DNA of 64,000 nucleotides from Comamonadaceae bacterium (GTDB lineage: Bacteria; Pseudomonadota; Gammaproteobacteria; Burkholderiales; Burkholderiaceae_C). The DNA is taken from assembly GCA_947375135.1 (NCBI GenBank), contig CANCER010000015.1, positions 7,142-71,141 on the forward strand, in the 5' to 3' direction. The translations under genes and the position numbers were made by a program. Of this stretch, positions 21,508 through 31,880 are shown piece after piece; the first letter of the stretch is position 1; every line of letters starts with the position of its first letter. A model generated the notes under the pieces. The model was not told where the DNA came from and ran no database searches. It was given only the letters and a program-made list of their open reading frames with translations.

Positions 21508-22233
21508 TCAGCGTGCGTTGCGACTCAGGGGCTCGCGCTCCACCAATCCCATGCGACGGCTGCGCACCAACTGGTGCGGGCGAATCACATAGGCCAGGGT
21601 GCCAAAGCCACTCCACACATGCACCAGCCGCGTGAACGGGAACACCAGGAAGATGCTCATGCCCAGGAACATGTGCAGCTTGAAAACCCAGCTGGCCTCA
21701 TTCAGCAGCTCGGGCGCACCAGCGCGGAAGGTGACGATGTGCTGGGCCCATTCGGCCAGCTTGATCATCATGCTGCCGTCCAGATGCTCGGCCGACAAGG
21801 GAATGGTCGCCAGACCCAGGGCGAGCTGCAGCCACAACAGCACCAGCAGCACGATGTCGCTGGTCTTGGAGTTGATGCGGATGCGCTCGTCGCTCAAGCG
21901 GCGGTGCAACAACAGGCTCACACCGATAAAACCCAGCACACCAAACGCACCACCCGACACCATGGCCATGATCTGCTTGTTGCCCGCGCTGATGAAAGGC
22001 TCGTAGATGAAGTGCGGCGTCAACATGCCCACGGTGTGACCGCCCAGCAGGAACAGCACGCCGATGTGGAACAGGTTGCTGCCCCAGCGCAACTGGCCCC
22101 GGCGCAACATCTCCGAAGAGTCGCTCTTCCAGGTGTACTGGTCGCGATCGAAGCGGACCAGGCTGCCCAGCAGGAAGATGGTCAGACAGATGTACGGGTA
22201 GTAACCGAACAAGAGGTTGTCGAGGTAAGTCAT
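21508..22233 (-). CDS. narI: Respiratory nitrate reductase gamma subunit
   Basis: RFDRDQYTWKSDSS, LFHIG, PFTRLVHVWS. Confidence 0.97.
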   Translation of the reverse strand: MTYLDNLLFGYYPYICLTIFLLGSLVRFDRDQYTWKSDSSEMLRRGQLRWGSNLFHIGVLFLLGGHTVGMLTPHFIYEPFISAGNKQIMAMVSGGAFGVLGFIGVSLLLHRRLSDERIRINSKTSDIVLLVLLWLQLALGLATIPLSAEHLDGSMMIKLAEWAQHIVTFRAGAPELLNEASWVFKLHMFLGMSIFLVFPFTRLVHVWSGFGTLAYVIRPHQLVRSRRMGLVEREPLSRNAR

Positions 22234-22970
22234 ATGCGTGCTCCTTGGGCATGGGCTTCTGGTGCTTTCTGGCCTTTGGCAAAAACGGAGGCGGCGGTAG
22301 CGGAAGCAACCGGCGCCGGGGTCTTGCGAACAATGTGAATCGGCTGGGCTTCACCCGGCTTGGACTGGCCCTTGGTCGAGCAGCCATCAAAGGCTTCCGG
22401 CTCCTGCCAGACATCGTCCATGGCCTCATCGGCCACGATGGCCACGGCCTGCACGCGCTGGCCGCAGAGTTCCAGCACAGCGGCGATGGGCGCGGCATAG
22501 GGGCTGCCGCGTTGCAGCAGCGCACTGAAGACAGCGGTGAGGATGTGGGCCATCTCGCCCATGAACTCCATCGCCAGTTTGGGCGGCTGGGTGGAGGCGA
22601 ACTCCAGCACCACGCACAAATGGTCGGGCAGCTCTTCGGGCGCCATCAGCATGCCGGCCTTCTCGTAGGTCTGCACCAGATCCACCATCGCCGGGCCGCG
22701 CTCGCGCGAATCGCCATGGATGTGCTCGAACATGTGCAGCGAGGTGGCGCGTCCGCGGTCGAAGGTTTCGACGTAACGCGCTTCCACCTCCATGGGGTCC
22801 AGGCGTGCGAGCTCTGCCGCAAAGGCGTGCAGCTCTTCGCGGCGTGCAGAGGGTATTACGGCCTCCTTGTCGATGGCCTGCAGCAGCTCGGGCAGATGGC
22901 TGCGCAGTTCAGCGTCCGGGTAGGCCATCAGCAGGGCCAAGGCACGCAGGGAATAACGGTTGTCTTTCAT
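22230..22970 (-). CDS. narJ: Nitrate reductase molybdenum cofactor assembly chaperone
   Basis: YVETFDRGRATSLHMFEH.HGDSRERGPAM, ELPDHL. Confidence 0.96.
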   Translation of the reverse strand: MKDNRYSLRALALLMAYPDAELRSHLPELLQAIDKEAVIPSARREELHAFAAELARLDPMEVEARYVETFDRGRATSLHMFEHIHGDSRERGPAMVDLVQTYEKAGMLMAPEELPDHLCVVLEFASTQPPKLAMEFMGEMAHILTAVFSALLQRGSPYAAPIAAVLELCGQRVQAVAIVADEAMDDVWQEPEAFDGCSTKGQSKPGEAQPIHIVRKTPAPVASATAASVFAKGQKAPEAHAQGARI

Positions 22971-22982
22971 GGCGTGCTTTCT

Positions 22983-24515
22983 TTAGACGTAAGACTTGAT
23001 GGGAATGGTGCGTGGCTTGGAGCCGCCAAACAGACTGGTCTCTGACGATCCGTCCGAGCACCCATTGCCGAACGAAAAGCCGCAGCCGCCGCGCAAATCA
23101 AACGCGTTTTCGGCGTACTCACGGTGGCTGGTCGGAATCACAAAGCGGTCTTCGTAGTTGGCGATGGCCATGATCTGGTACATCTCTTCCACCTGGGCCA
23201 CAGTCAAACCGGTCTGCTCCAGCACAGCCAGGTTTTGCTCCTGGTCCACATGCTTGCTGCGCTGGTAGGCGCGCATGGCCAGCATGCGTTCCAGGGCGCG
23301 CACCACGGGGGCGGTGTCACCGGCAGTCAGCAGGTTGGCCAGGTACTGCACGGGAATGCGCATCTGGGCCAGGTCCGGAATCTCGCCGTTCACGCCGATG
23401 TGTCCGGCATTCGCTGCACTCGTGATGGGCGAGAGCGGCGGCACATACCAGACCATGGGTAACGTCCGGTACTCGGGGTGCAGCGGCAGGGCCACCTTCC
23501 AGTCCACGGCCATCTTGTAGACCGGGCTGTTGCGTGCGCCTATCAGCCAGGTCTCGGGGATGCCGTCCAGGCGGGCCTGCGCAATCACCTTGGGGTCGTT
23601 GGGGTTGAGGAAGATGTCCAGTTGCGCCTGGTACAGGTCCTTCTCGTCCACCACACTCGCCGCTTCGGCAATGCGGTCTGCGTCGTACAGCACCACGCCC
23701 AGGTAGCGGATGCGGCCCACGCAGGTCTCGGAGCAGACGGTGGGTTGACCGGCTTCGATGCGCGGGTAGCAGAAGATGCACTTCTCGGCCTTGCCGCTTT
23801 TCCAGTTGTAGTAAATCTTCTTGTAGGGGCAGCCGGAGACGCACATGCGCCAGCCGCGGCACTTGTCCTGGTCGATCAGGACAATGCCGTCGTCTTCGCG
23901 CTTGTAGATCGAGCCGCTCGGGCACGATGCCACGCAGGCCGGGTTCAGGCAATGCTCGCACAGGCGCGGCAGGTACATCATGAAGGTGTTTTCAAACTGG
24001 CCGACCATGTCCTTTTGCACCTGGTCGAAGTTGGCCAGGTTGGCGTCCTTGCTGCGCTTGCTGAATTCACCACCCAGGATTTCTTCCCAGTTCGGGCCCC
24101 AAGTGATCTTCTCCATGCGCTTTCCGGTGATCAGGCTGCGCGGGCGTGCTGTGGGCGCGTGCTTGACCTCGGGCGCCGACTGCAGGTGGTCGTAGTCGAA
24201 GGTGTAGGGCTCGTAGTAGTCGTCAATCTGCGGCATGTTGGGGTTGGAGAAGATGCGCATGAGCAACTTCCACTTGCCGCCCTGCTTGGGCTCAATCGAA
24301 CCGTCGGCCTTGCGGACCCAGCCTCCGTTCCACTTGTCCTGGTTTTCCCACTCCTTGGGGTAGCCGATACCGGGCTTGGTCTCGACGTTGTTGAACCAGG
24401 CGTATTCCATGCCGGGGCGGCTGGTCCAGACGTTTTTGCAGGTGACCGAACAGGTGTGGCAACCAATGCATTTGTCCAGGTTCAGCACCATGGCGATTTG
24501 GGCGCGTATTTTCAT
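22983..24515 (-). CDS. narH: Respiratory nitrate reductase beta subunit
   Basis: CIGCHTCSVTCK and further Fe-S cluster motifs. Confidence 0.98.
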   Translation of the reverse strand: MKIRAQIAMVLNLDKCIGCHTCSVTCKNVWTSRPGMEYAWFNNVETKPGIGYPKEWENQDKWNGGWVRKADGSIEPKQGGKWKLLMRIFSNPNMPQIDDYYEPYTFDYDHLQSAPEVKHAPTARPRSLITGKRMEKITWGPNWEEILGGEFSKRSKDANLANFDQVQKDMVGQFENTFMMYLPRLCEHCLNPACVASCPSGSIYKREDDGIVLIDQDKCRGWRMCVSGCPYKKIYYNWKSGKAEKCIFCYPRIEAGQPTVCSETCVGRIRYLGVVLYDADRIAEAASVVDEKDLYQAQLDIFLNPNDPKVIAQARLDGIPETWLIGARNSPVYKMAVDWKVALPLHPEYRTLPMVWYVPPLSPITSAANAGHIGVNGEIPDLAQMRIPVQYLANLLTAGDTAPVVRALERMLAMRAYQRSKHVDQEQNLAVLEQTGLTVAQVEEMYQIMAIANYEDRFVIPTSHREYAENAFDLRGGCGFSFGNGCSDGSSETSLFGGSKPRTIPIKSYV

Positions 24516-24527
24516 GTTGTGTTCTCC

Positions 24528-27500
24528 TTATGCCTGGATAGTGGGAGCGGCTTCGCCGTCCAGCCAGTCGACCTTGCGCATCTTGCGCACCACCACAAAT
24601 TCATCGCGGTTGGTGCCAATGGTTCCGTAGTAGTTGAAGCCGTAGCTGAACTGCGCGTAGCCGCCGATCATGTGCGTGGGCTTGGTCACGATGCGGGTGA
24701 CCGAGTTGTGGATGCCGCCGCGTGTGCCGGTGATTTCTGCACCGGGTGTGTTGATGATTTTTTCCTGCGCGTGGTACATCATCACCATGCCCACCTTCAC
24801 CCGCTGGCTGACCACCGCACGGGCCGCGATGGCACCGTTGATGTTGAAGAGTTCGACCCAGTCGTTGTCCTCAATGCCGGCCACCCGGGCGTCGTCTTCA
24901 CTCAGCCAGATCACCGGGCCACCGCGATTGAGCGTGAGCATCATCAGGTTGTCGGTGTAGGTGCTGTGAATGCCCCACTTCTGGTGCGGCGTGATGAAGT
25001 TCAAGGAAATTTCCTTGTTGCCATTGGGCCGTCGTTCCATGATGCCGGTGACGGCCTTCAGGTCCACCGGTGGGCGGTAACTGGTCAACCCCTCGCCAAA
25101 CGCGATCATCCAGGGGTGGTCCAGGTAGAAGTGCTGACGACCGGTCAGGGTGCGCCATGGGATCAGCTCATGCACATTGGTGTAACCGGCGTTGTAGCTC
25201 ACGGTCTCGCTCTCAATGCCGCTCCACGTCGGTGAAGAAATAATCTTGCGCGGCTGGGCCTGGATGTCGCGAAAGCGGATCTTCTCGTCTTCGCGGTGGA
25301 TGGCCAGGTGCGTGTGGTCGCGCCCTGTGATCTTGCCCAGGGCTTCCCAGGCCTTCACGGCCACATGGCCGTTGGTCTCGGGGGCGAGTTGCAGCACCAC
25401 TTCGCAGGCATCAATGTCGCTTTCGATCTTGGCCATGCCCTTGGTGACACCCTCGGCATGCACCTTGCCGTTGAGTTCGGCGAGTTGCTGGACCTCGACC
25501 TTGGTGTCCCAGCCAATGCCCTTGCCGCCGTTGCCGACTTTTTCCAAGAGCGGGCCCAGAGCCGTGAAGCGCTTGAAGGTGTTGGGGTAATCGCGCTCGA
25601 TCACCGCGATGCTGGGCGCCGTCTTGCCGGGAATCAGATCGCAGTCGCCGCGCTTCCAGTCGCTCACGCCAAAGGGCTGGGCCAACTCAGAAGGTGTGTC
25701 GTGCATCAACGGTGTCAACACCACTTCTTTTTCCACACCCAGGTGGCCGACGCAGACCTTGCTATAGGCCTCGGCAAAGCCCTTGTAAATATCCCAGTCG
25801 CTCTTGCTCTGCCAGGCCGGGTCCACCGCGGTCGAGAGTGGGTGGATGAAGGGATGCATGTCGCTGGTATTCAGATCGTTCTTCTCATACCAGGTGGCCG
25901 TGGGCAGCACGATGTCGGAATACAGGCAGGTGGTGCTCATGCGGAAGTCCAGCGTGACCAAGAGGTCCAGCTTGCCTTCCGGCGCCTTGTCGTGCCATTG
26001 CACCTCAGCGGGCTTGGCATCGTCTACGCCCAAATCTTTGCCCTGCACACCGTGGGTGGTGCCCAGCAAATGCTTCATGAAATATTCATGGCCCTTGCCG
26101 GAGGAACCCAAGAGGTTGGAGCGCCAGACAAACATATTGCGCGGCCAGTTGGCGGGGTGGTCCGGGTCTTCGCAGCTCATCTTCAGCGAGCCGTCCTTGA
26201 TCGACTTCACCACATAGTCTTTGGGGTCCATGCCGGCGGCCGTCGCGTCCTTGACCACTTGGAAGGAATTGGTCTGCAACTGCGGCGCGCTGGGCAACCA
26301 GCCCATGCGCTCGGCGCGCACGTTGTAGTCGATCAGGCTGCCGCCGTATTTCGATTTGTCGGCCAGGGGTGACAGGATTTCTTCCACACCCAGCTTCTCG
26401 TAGCGCCACTGGTCGGTGTGCGCGTAGAAGAAGCTGGTGCTGTTCATCTGCCGGGGCGGGCGCACCCAGTCGAGTGCGAAGGCCAGCGCGGTCCAGCCGG
26501 TTTGCGGGCGGAGTTTTTCCTGCCCCACATAGTGGGCCCAGCCGCCGCCGCTCTTGCCGATGCAGCCGCACATCATCAGCATGTTGATGATGCCGCGGTA
26601 GTTCATGTCGCTGTGGTACCAGTGGTTCATGGCCGCGCCGATGATGACCATGGACTTGCCCTTGGTCTTGTCGGCGTTGTCGGCAAACTGGCGCGCCACG
26701 GCAATGATCTGGTCGCGCTTGACGCCGGTGATCTTCTCTTGCCAGGCGGGGGTGTAGGGCGTGTCGTCGTCGTAACTGGTAGCGGCGTTTTCACCCTCAA
26801 TGCCACGGGCCACGCCGTAGTTGGCCACCGTCAGGTCGAACACGGTGGCGATCAGCGCATAGCGCTCAACGCCTGCCTTGCCCAGCTTGATGCGACGCAC
26901 CGGCACCTTGCGCACCAGGATGTCGTCAATGGCGGCGCCCTGCTTGTTGGCGCTGAAGTTGGGCGTGTCGATGCCACCGAAATACGGGAAGCCGACATCG
27001 CCGATTTCGTAGTCGGCGGCCACACCTCCGGTGGAGGCTTCCATCAAACTCAGCTTGAGTTTGACGTCGCCATCATGGCGGGCTTCCTTGTCTTCCAGAT
27101 TCCACTTGCCCACGTCGGTGCGGTCTTCCGCGCCCCAACGGAAACCAATGGAGCCGTTCGGCACCACGATCTTGTCGGACTCGTCGATGGCCAATGTCTT
27201 CCACTCGGGGTTGTTGGCCTGGCCGAGCTTGCCATTGAAGTCGCTGGCACGCAGATAGGCGCCGGGCACCAGCACCGTGCGGCCATCGGGCAGCTTGCGC
27301 TCTTCCAGCTGCACCAGGTTCGGCATGTCGGTGAAGCGGCGCACGTAGTCGTCAAAGTACGCGCTGCGTTTGTCGAAGTAAAACTCTTTCAGGATCACAT
27401 GGCCCATGGCCATGGCGACGGCCGCGTCAGTGCCCTGCTTGGGGTGCATCCACAGATCGGCCAGCTTGCTGATCTCGGCATAGTCGGGCGTGATGGCCAC

Positions 27501-28334
27501 GGTCTTGGCGCCCTTGTAGCGCACCTCGGTGAAGAAGTGGGCGTCGGGCGTGCGGGTCTGGGGCACGTTGGAACCCCAGGCGATGATGAAGGTGGAGTTG
27601 TACCAATCGGCCGACTCGGGCACGTCGGTCTGCTCACCCCAGACCTGGGGCGAGGCCGGAGGCAGGTCGCAGTACCAGTCGTAAAAGCTCATGCACACGC
27701 CGCCGATCAGGCTGAGGTAACGGCTGCCCGCGGCATAGCTGACCATGGACATGGCGGGGATGGGCGAGAAGCCGATCACGCGGTCCGGGCCCCATTTCTT
27801 GGCGGTGTAAACATTGGCGGCGGCGATGAGCTGGTTGACCTCATCCCAGCTGCTGCGCACAAAGCCGCCGAGGCCACGTTGCTTGACCCATTGCGAACGG
27901 GCGTCGTTGTTTTCGACAATCAAGGTCCAGGCGTTAACCGGGTCTTTGGCCACGGCCAGCGCGGCACGCCACTGCGTGAGCAGACGGGCGCGGATCATGG
28001 GGTATTTGACGCGGTTGGCACTGTACAAATACCAGCTGTAGGAGGCGCCACGCGCACAGCCACGGGGTTCGTGGTTGGGCAGATCGGCGCGGGTACGGGG
28101 GTAGTCGGTCTGCTGGGTTTCCCAGGTGACGATGCCGCCCTTGACGTAAATTTTCCACGAGCAGGAGCCCGTGCAGTTCACGCCGTGGGTGCTGCGCACG
28201 ATTTTGTCGTGGGCCCAGCGGTCGCGGTAGGCGTCTTCCCAGGTGCGGTCTTCACCGGTGGTGAGGCCGTGGCCGTCGGAAAAGCTTTCCTTCGGTGCCG
28301 AGAAGTGGCTCAGGCGGTCCAGAAAATGGCTCAT
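24528..28334 (-). CDS. narG: Respiratory nitrate reductase alpha subunit
   Basis: RSTHGVNCTGSCSW, SFYDWYCDLPP, 1268 aa. Confidence 0.99.
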   Translation of the reverse strand: MSHFLDRLSHFSAPKESFSDGHGLTTGEDRTWEDAYRDRWAHDKIVRSTHGVNCTGSCSWKIYVKGGIVTWETQQTDYPRTRADLPNHEPRGCARGASYSWYLYSANRVKYPMIRARLLTQWRAALAVAKDPVNAWTLIVENNDARSQWVKQRGLGGFVRSSWDEVNQLIAAANVYTAKKWGPDRVIGFSPIPAMSMVSYAAGSRYLSLIGGVCMSFYDWYCDLPPASPQVWGEQTDVPESADWYNSTFIIAWGSNVPQTRTPDAHFFTEVRYKGAKTVAITPDYAEISKLADLWMHPKQGTDAAVAMAMGHVILKEFYFDKRSAYFDDYVRRFTDMPNLVQLEERKLPDGRTVLVPGAYLRASDFNGKLGQANNPEWKTLAIDESDKIVVPNGSIGFRWGAEDRTDVGKWNLEDKEARHDGDVKLKLSLMEASTGGVAADYEIGDVGFPYFGGIDTPNFSANKQGAAIDDILVRKVPVRRIKLGKAGVERYALIATVFDLTVANYGVARGIEGENAATSYDDDTPYTPAWQEKITGVKRDQIIAVARQFADNADKTKGKSMVIIGAAMNHWYHSDMNYRGIINMLMMCGCIGKSGGGWAHYVGQEKLRPQTGWTALAFALDWVRPPRQMNSTSFFYAHTDQWRYEKLGVEEILSPLADKSKYGGSLIDYNVRAERMGWLPSAPQLQTNSFQVVKDATAAGMDPKDYVVKSIKDGSLKMSCEDPDHPANWPRNMFVWRSNLLGSSGKGHEYFMKHLLGTTHGVQGKDLGVDDAKPAEVQWHDKAPEGKLDLLVTLDFRMSTTCLYSDIVLPTATWYEKNDLNTSDMHPFIHPLSTAVDPAWQSKSDWDIYKGFAEAYSKVCVGHLGVEKEVVLTPLMHDTPSELAQPFGVSDWKRGDCDLIPGKTAPSIAVIERDYPNTFKRFTALGPLLEKVGNGGKGIGWDTKVEVQQLAELNGKVHAEGVTKGMAKIESDIDACEVVLQLAPETNGHVAVKAWEALGKITGRDHTHLAIHREDEKIRFRDIQAQPRKIISSPTWSGIESETVSYNAGYTNVHELIPWRTLTGRQHFYLDHPWMIAFGEGLTSYRPPVDLKAVTGIMERRPNGNKEISLNFITPHQKWGIHSTYTDNLMMLTLNRGGPVIWLSEDDARVAGIEDNDWVELFNINGAIAARAVVSQRVKVGMVMMYHAQEKIINTPGAEITGTRGGIHNSVTRIVTKPTHMIGGYAQFSYGFNYYGTIGTNRDEFVVVRKMRKVDWLDGEAAPTIQA

Positions 28335-28437
28335 TGTTTACTCCAAGTGAAATACGTTTTGGGTGCCAACATTTGTTTGTTAACTCTTGTGGTGGCCTGC
28401 TTGCGTGCCCAGGTTTGTGTGCCTGCTTTTGTGGTGG

Positions 28438-28692
28438 CCGAGGTCAGCGGGGTAGATGTTTCCGTCCGTGTCCCCCGCCCGCTGAAGCGGGCTCCTCCTT
28501 TACCTACCGGAAACATCCACCCCACTGCCCTCGGCTGCGAACAGCGTTGGTTCGCGATGACTAAAAACATTTGTGTGCCCACCGTGCTTGCCGACGCAGG
28601 ACGGTGTGGCGCTCCGCTTCGGTAGGTAAAGGAGGAGCCCACGCAGTGGGCGGGGGACACGGACGAAGCGGAGTGCCACGCCGGCCTGTGTC
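28438..28692. repeat. Second inverted doublet of the structured unit (B1 28438-28534, B2 28593-28692)
   Basis: B1 nearly identical to A1; B2 differs from A2 by compensatory stem changes. Confidence 0.9.
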
Positions 28693-28767
28693 CAGAAGAG
28701 GCAGAGCCCGGAAGTGCCTTCATTCCCATATGCATGAACCCCGAAGTAAGCGATGACATAAGTGCCT

Positions 28768-30414
28768 TCATGGGTTCTTGAACTCAGAAGTCGGGCGCAG
28801 ATAAAACCACCAGTTCAGCACCAGACACAGCGCATAAAAAATGGCGAATCCATACATCGCAATCTGCGGCGTACCAGCCTTGATCTGCGAACCAATCACC
28901 ACTGGCGCGATGAACGCGCCGTAGGCTGCAATGGCCGAAGTCCATCCCAACACCGGGCCGGCTTGGGTACGATCAAAGATCACACCGATGGTGCGGAAGG
29001 TGGAACCGTTGCCGATACCGCTGGCCGTGAACAACACAATGAACAGCGTCATGAACGGCATGAAATACTGCTCAGGTGTGGCCGAACCATAGGCCAGCAA
29101 CATCACATAACCCACGGCAACAGATGCCAGCACCATCACGGCCGAGATCGCCTGCGTGACGATGGAGCCGCCGATCTTGTCGGAAATCCAGCCGCCAATG
29201 GGCCGCACCAGCGCGCCCACAAAGGGGCCGATCCAGGCATAGGTCAGGGCCGAGGGAGCATGGGGATTCTTTAGCGTGTGCTGCATGATGCCGGCCGCAT
29301 CGGGCACATGGCTGATGCCGAAGATCACCGTGATGGACAGGGGCAGCGCCATCGAGAAACCGATGAAGGAACCGAAGGTTACGATGTACAGCAGGGTCAG
29401 CGACCAGGTGTGCTTGTTGTGAAAAATGGCGAACTGCTTGGCGATGTTTTCCTTCATCGGCCCGAAGGCGGCCAGGCGCATGACCATCAGCGTGCTGAAC
29501 ACGATCAGCGGCATGGCAATCCACATGTTCAGGATGCCCAGACCGGTGGGTGCGGGCAGGTACAGATACAGACCCAGGCCGGCGGGAACAAACGACAGGG
29601 TGTAGAGCCAGATGATTTTCAGGAAGGCGGCAATCGTGCCGCCACTGTCCGGCGTCACCGTCTTCAGGTTGTTCATGCCGAAGAAGCACAGCACAGACAA
29701 GGGAATCAGCGACAGCAGCCAGGCAAAGCCGGCGTTCTGAATCCAGGTGGGGGTGCCGGCCGCGATCTTGCCCAGAATCCAGCCGCTGTCCTTCACCAGC
29801 ATGGTGGATTCGCCACCCAGGCCGCCGAACAGGCTCATGGTCATCACCAGCGGGATCACGATCTGCATGGTGGTGACGCCGAAGTTGCCCAGTCCCGCAT
29901 TCAGACCGAGCGCCGTGCCCTGCAGGCGCTTGGGAAAGAAGGTGCTGATGTTGGACATGGAGCTGGCAAAGTTGCCGCCGCCCACGCCCGACCACAGGGC
30001 CATCAACTGGAAGGTCCACAGCGGCCACTCGGGGTGCTGCAGCACGATGCCGGTGCCCATGGCCGGGGCCAGCAGCATGGCCGTGGTGAGGAAGATGGTG
30101 TTGCGTCCACCGGCCACCCGGATCAGGAAGGAAGCCGGGATGCGCATGGTGGCACCGGCCAGACCGGCGATGGCCGTGAGCGAGAACAGCTCGGCCTGGG
30201 TAAAGGGGAAACCCAGGTTGAGCATCTGCACCGTGATGATGCCCCACATGCCCCAGATGGCGAAGCCGCACAGGAGTGCCGGCACCGAGATCCAGAGGTT
30301 GCGGTGGGCGATTTGCTTGCCGGTGCTTTCCCAGAACCTGTCGTCCTCGGGGCGCCAGTCGGCAATGTCAGCGCCACTGGCGGCGCCGGGGGCAATGGTG
30401 GTTTGGGTGCTCAT
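28768..30414 (-). CDS. narK: NarK-family nitrate/nitrite MFS transporter (NarK2-like)
   Basis: WRPEDDRFW, GGGNFASSMSNI, GIGNGSTF. Confidence 0.93.
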   Translation of the reverse strand: MSTQTTIAPGAASGADIADWRPEDDRFWESTGKQIAHRNLWISVPALLCGFAIWGMWGIITVQMLNLGFPFTQAELFSLTAIAGLAGATMRIPASFLIRVAGGRNTIFLTTAMLLAPAMGTGIVLQHPEWPLWTFQLMALWSGVGGGNFASSMSNISTFFPKRLQGTALGLNAGLGNFGVTTMQIVIPLVMTMSLFGGLGGESTMLVKDSGWILGKIAAGTPTWIQNAGFAWLLSLIPLSVLCFFGMNNLKTVTPDSGGTIAAFLKIIWLYTLSFVPAGLGLYLYLPAPTGLGILNMWIAMPLIVFSTLMVMRLAAFGPMKENIAKQFAIFHNKHTWSLTLLYIVTFGSFIGFSMALPLSITVIFGISHVPDAAGIMQHTLKNPHAPSALTYAWIGPFVGALVRPIGGWISDKIGGSIVTQAISAVMVLASVAVGYVMLLAYGSATPEQYFMPFMTLFIVLFTASGIGNGSTFRTIGVIFDRTQAGPVLGWTSAIAAYGAFIAPVVIGSQIKAGTPQIAMYGFAIFYALCLVLNWWFYLRPTSEFKNP

Positions 30415-30448
30415 AAGCGTCCTTCGCAAGGGGAAATGGGATTTGTAG

Positions 30449-31717
30449 TTAGGCGGTGGCGGGCAGCGAACGGTCATGCTTGCCCATGACCTGGCGGCTG
30501 CGCACCTCGGTCCAGTACATCCAGATCAGCGACACCCAGACCACGCCATACATAAGCATGAAAGCGCTGGAGCGGATGCCTGTGATATCCATCAAAGCGC
30601 CAAACAGAATGGGCAAAATAAATCCGCCCATGCCGCCGGCCAGGCCGACGATGCCGCTGATGGTGCCGATGTTCTGGCTGTAGTCGTCGCTGATGTACTT
30701 GAAGACGCTGGCCTTGCCAAAGGCAAAGGCAATGCCCAGGATGAACATCAGGGCGGTGAACACATACACGTTCAGGCCGATGTGGAAGGTGCTGGGGCCG
30801 CTCACCGTCATCACGGTGAAATCGGTCTGCGGATAGCTCAGCAAAAACAGGCAGACCCAGCTCACCCACAGCACCCACCAGGTCACGCTGTGCGCGCCGT
30901 ATTTGTCCGACAGAATGCCGCCAAAGGCGCGCAGCACACCGCCGGGCAGCGAGAAGCAGGCGGCCAGCAGGGCAGCGATGCGGATGTCCAGGCCGAACTC
31001 GCCGACGTAGTACTGCACCATCCACAAGGCGAGGGCCACATAGCCGCCAAACACAATGCTGTAGTACTGGCAGTACTTCACCACCTTGGGGTCTTTGAGG
31101 GCCTTGAGCTGGTCGCGGAAGGTCAGGGTGTGGGGCACCAGGTGCTTGGGGTCGCTGTAGCTAAAGGTCCAGAACAGCACCAGCGTGCCCAGCATGATGG
31201 CCGCATACACATGGGGCACCATGGTCCAGCCAAAGGCCACCAGCAGCACGGGGGCGAGAAACTTGTTGACGGCCGAGCCGGAATTTCCGGCGCCATAAAT
31301 GCCCATGGCCGTGCCCTGTTTGTTCTTGGGGAACCAGCGCGCCACATAGGGCGTGCCCACCGAGAACGAACCACCGGCCAGGCCGACGAACAGACCGATG
31401 GTGAGGAAGTGCCAGTATTCGGTGGCGTAGCCCATCATCCAGATGGCGGGCACGGTGATGGCCATCAGCGTGGCCATCACGATGCGGCCACCAAAGCGGT
31501 CGGTCCAGATGCCCAGCGGCACGCGAATCAGGGAACCGGTGAGCACCGGCATGGCGGTGAGCAGGCCGAACTGGGTCGAGTTGAGGTTCAGCATCTTCTT
31601 GATCGGGATACCGATCACGCCAAACATCATCCAGACCATGAAGCACACGGTAAAGGCCAAGGTGCTGACGATCAACACCGACCAGGCTTGTTTTGAATTT
31701 TTGATTTCCGTAGCCAT
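30449..31717 (-). CDS. narK: NarK-family nitrate/nitrite MFS transporter (NarK1-like)
   Basis: PVLTGSLIRVPLG, GGSFSVG, GAGNSG. Confidence 0.92.
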   Translation of the reverse strand: MATEIKNSKQAWSVLIVSTLAFTVCFMVWMMFGVIGIPIKKMLNLNSTQFGLLTAMPVLTGSLIRVPLGIWTDRFGGRIVMATLMAITVPAIWMMGYATEYWHFLTIGLFVGLAGGSFSVGTPYVARWFPKNKQGTAMGIYGAGNSGSAVNKFLAPVLLVAFGWTMVPHVYAAIMLGTLVLFWTFSYSDPKHLVPHTLTFRDQLKALKDPKVVKYCQYYSIVFGGYVALALWMVQYYVGEFGLDIRIAALLAACFSLPGGVLRAFGGILSDKYGAHSVTWWVLWVSWVCLFLLSYPQTDFTVMTVSGPSTFHIGLNVYVFTALMFILGIAFAFGKASVFKYISDDYSQNIGTISGIVGLAGGMGGFILPILFGALMDITGIRSSAFMLMYGVVWVSLIWMYWTEVRSRQVMGKHDRSLPATA

Positions 31718-31866
31718 GCACACTCCTAAAGGGACAGGCATGACTTTCGGTGTTTAGGTCTGCCTTGAATATCCTCCCAAGGAACGCGTGATTACGCTAA
31801 TAAGAACTAGGGCCGCCGCAGCGGCCTAGTTCCAAAGTAGTAGAGGGCCAAGTGACGGGCCATCTG

Positions 31867-31880
31867 TTGATAAAAATCAA
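31867..31880. promoter_or_regulatory. Perfect FNR/Dnr box upstream of the narK-nar operon
   Basis: TTGAT-AAAA-ATCAA, exact consensus, overlapping the narL stop codon. Confidence 0.85.
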
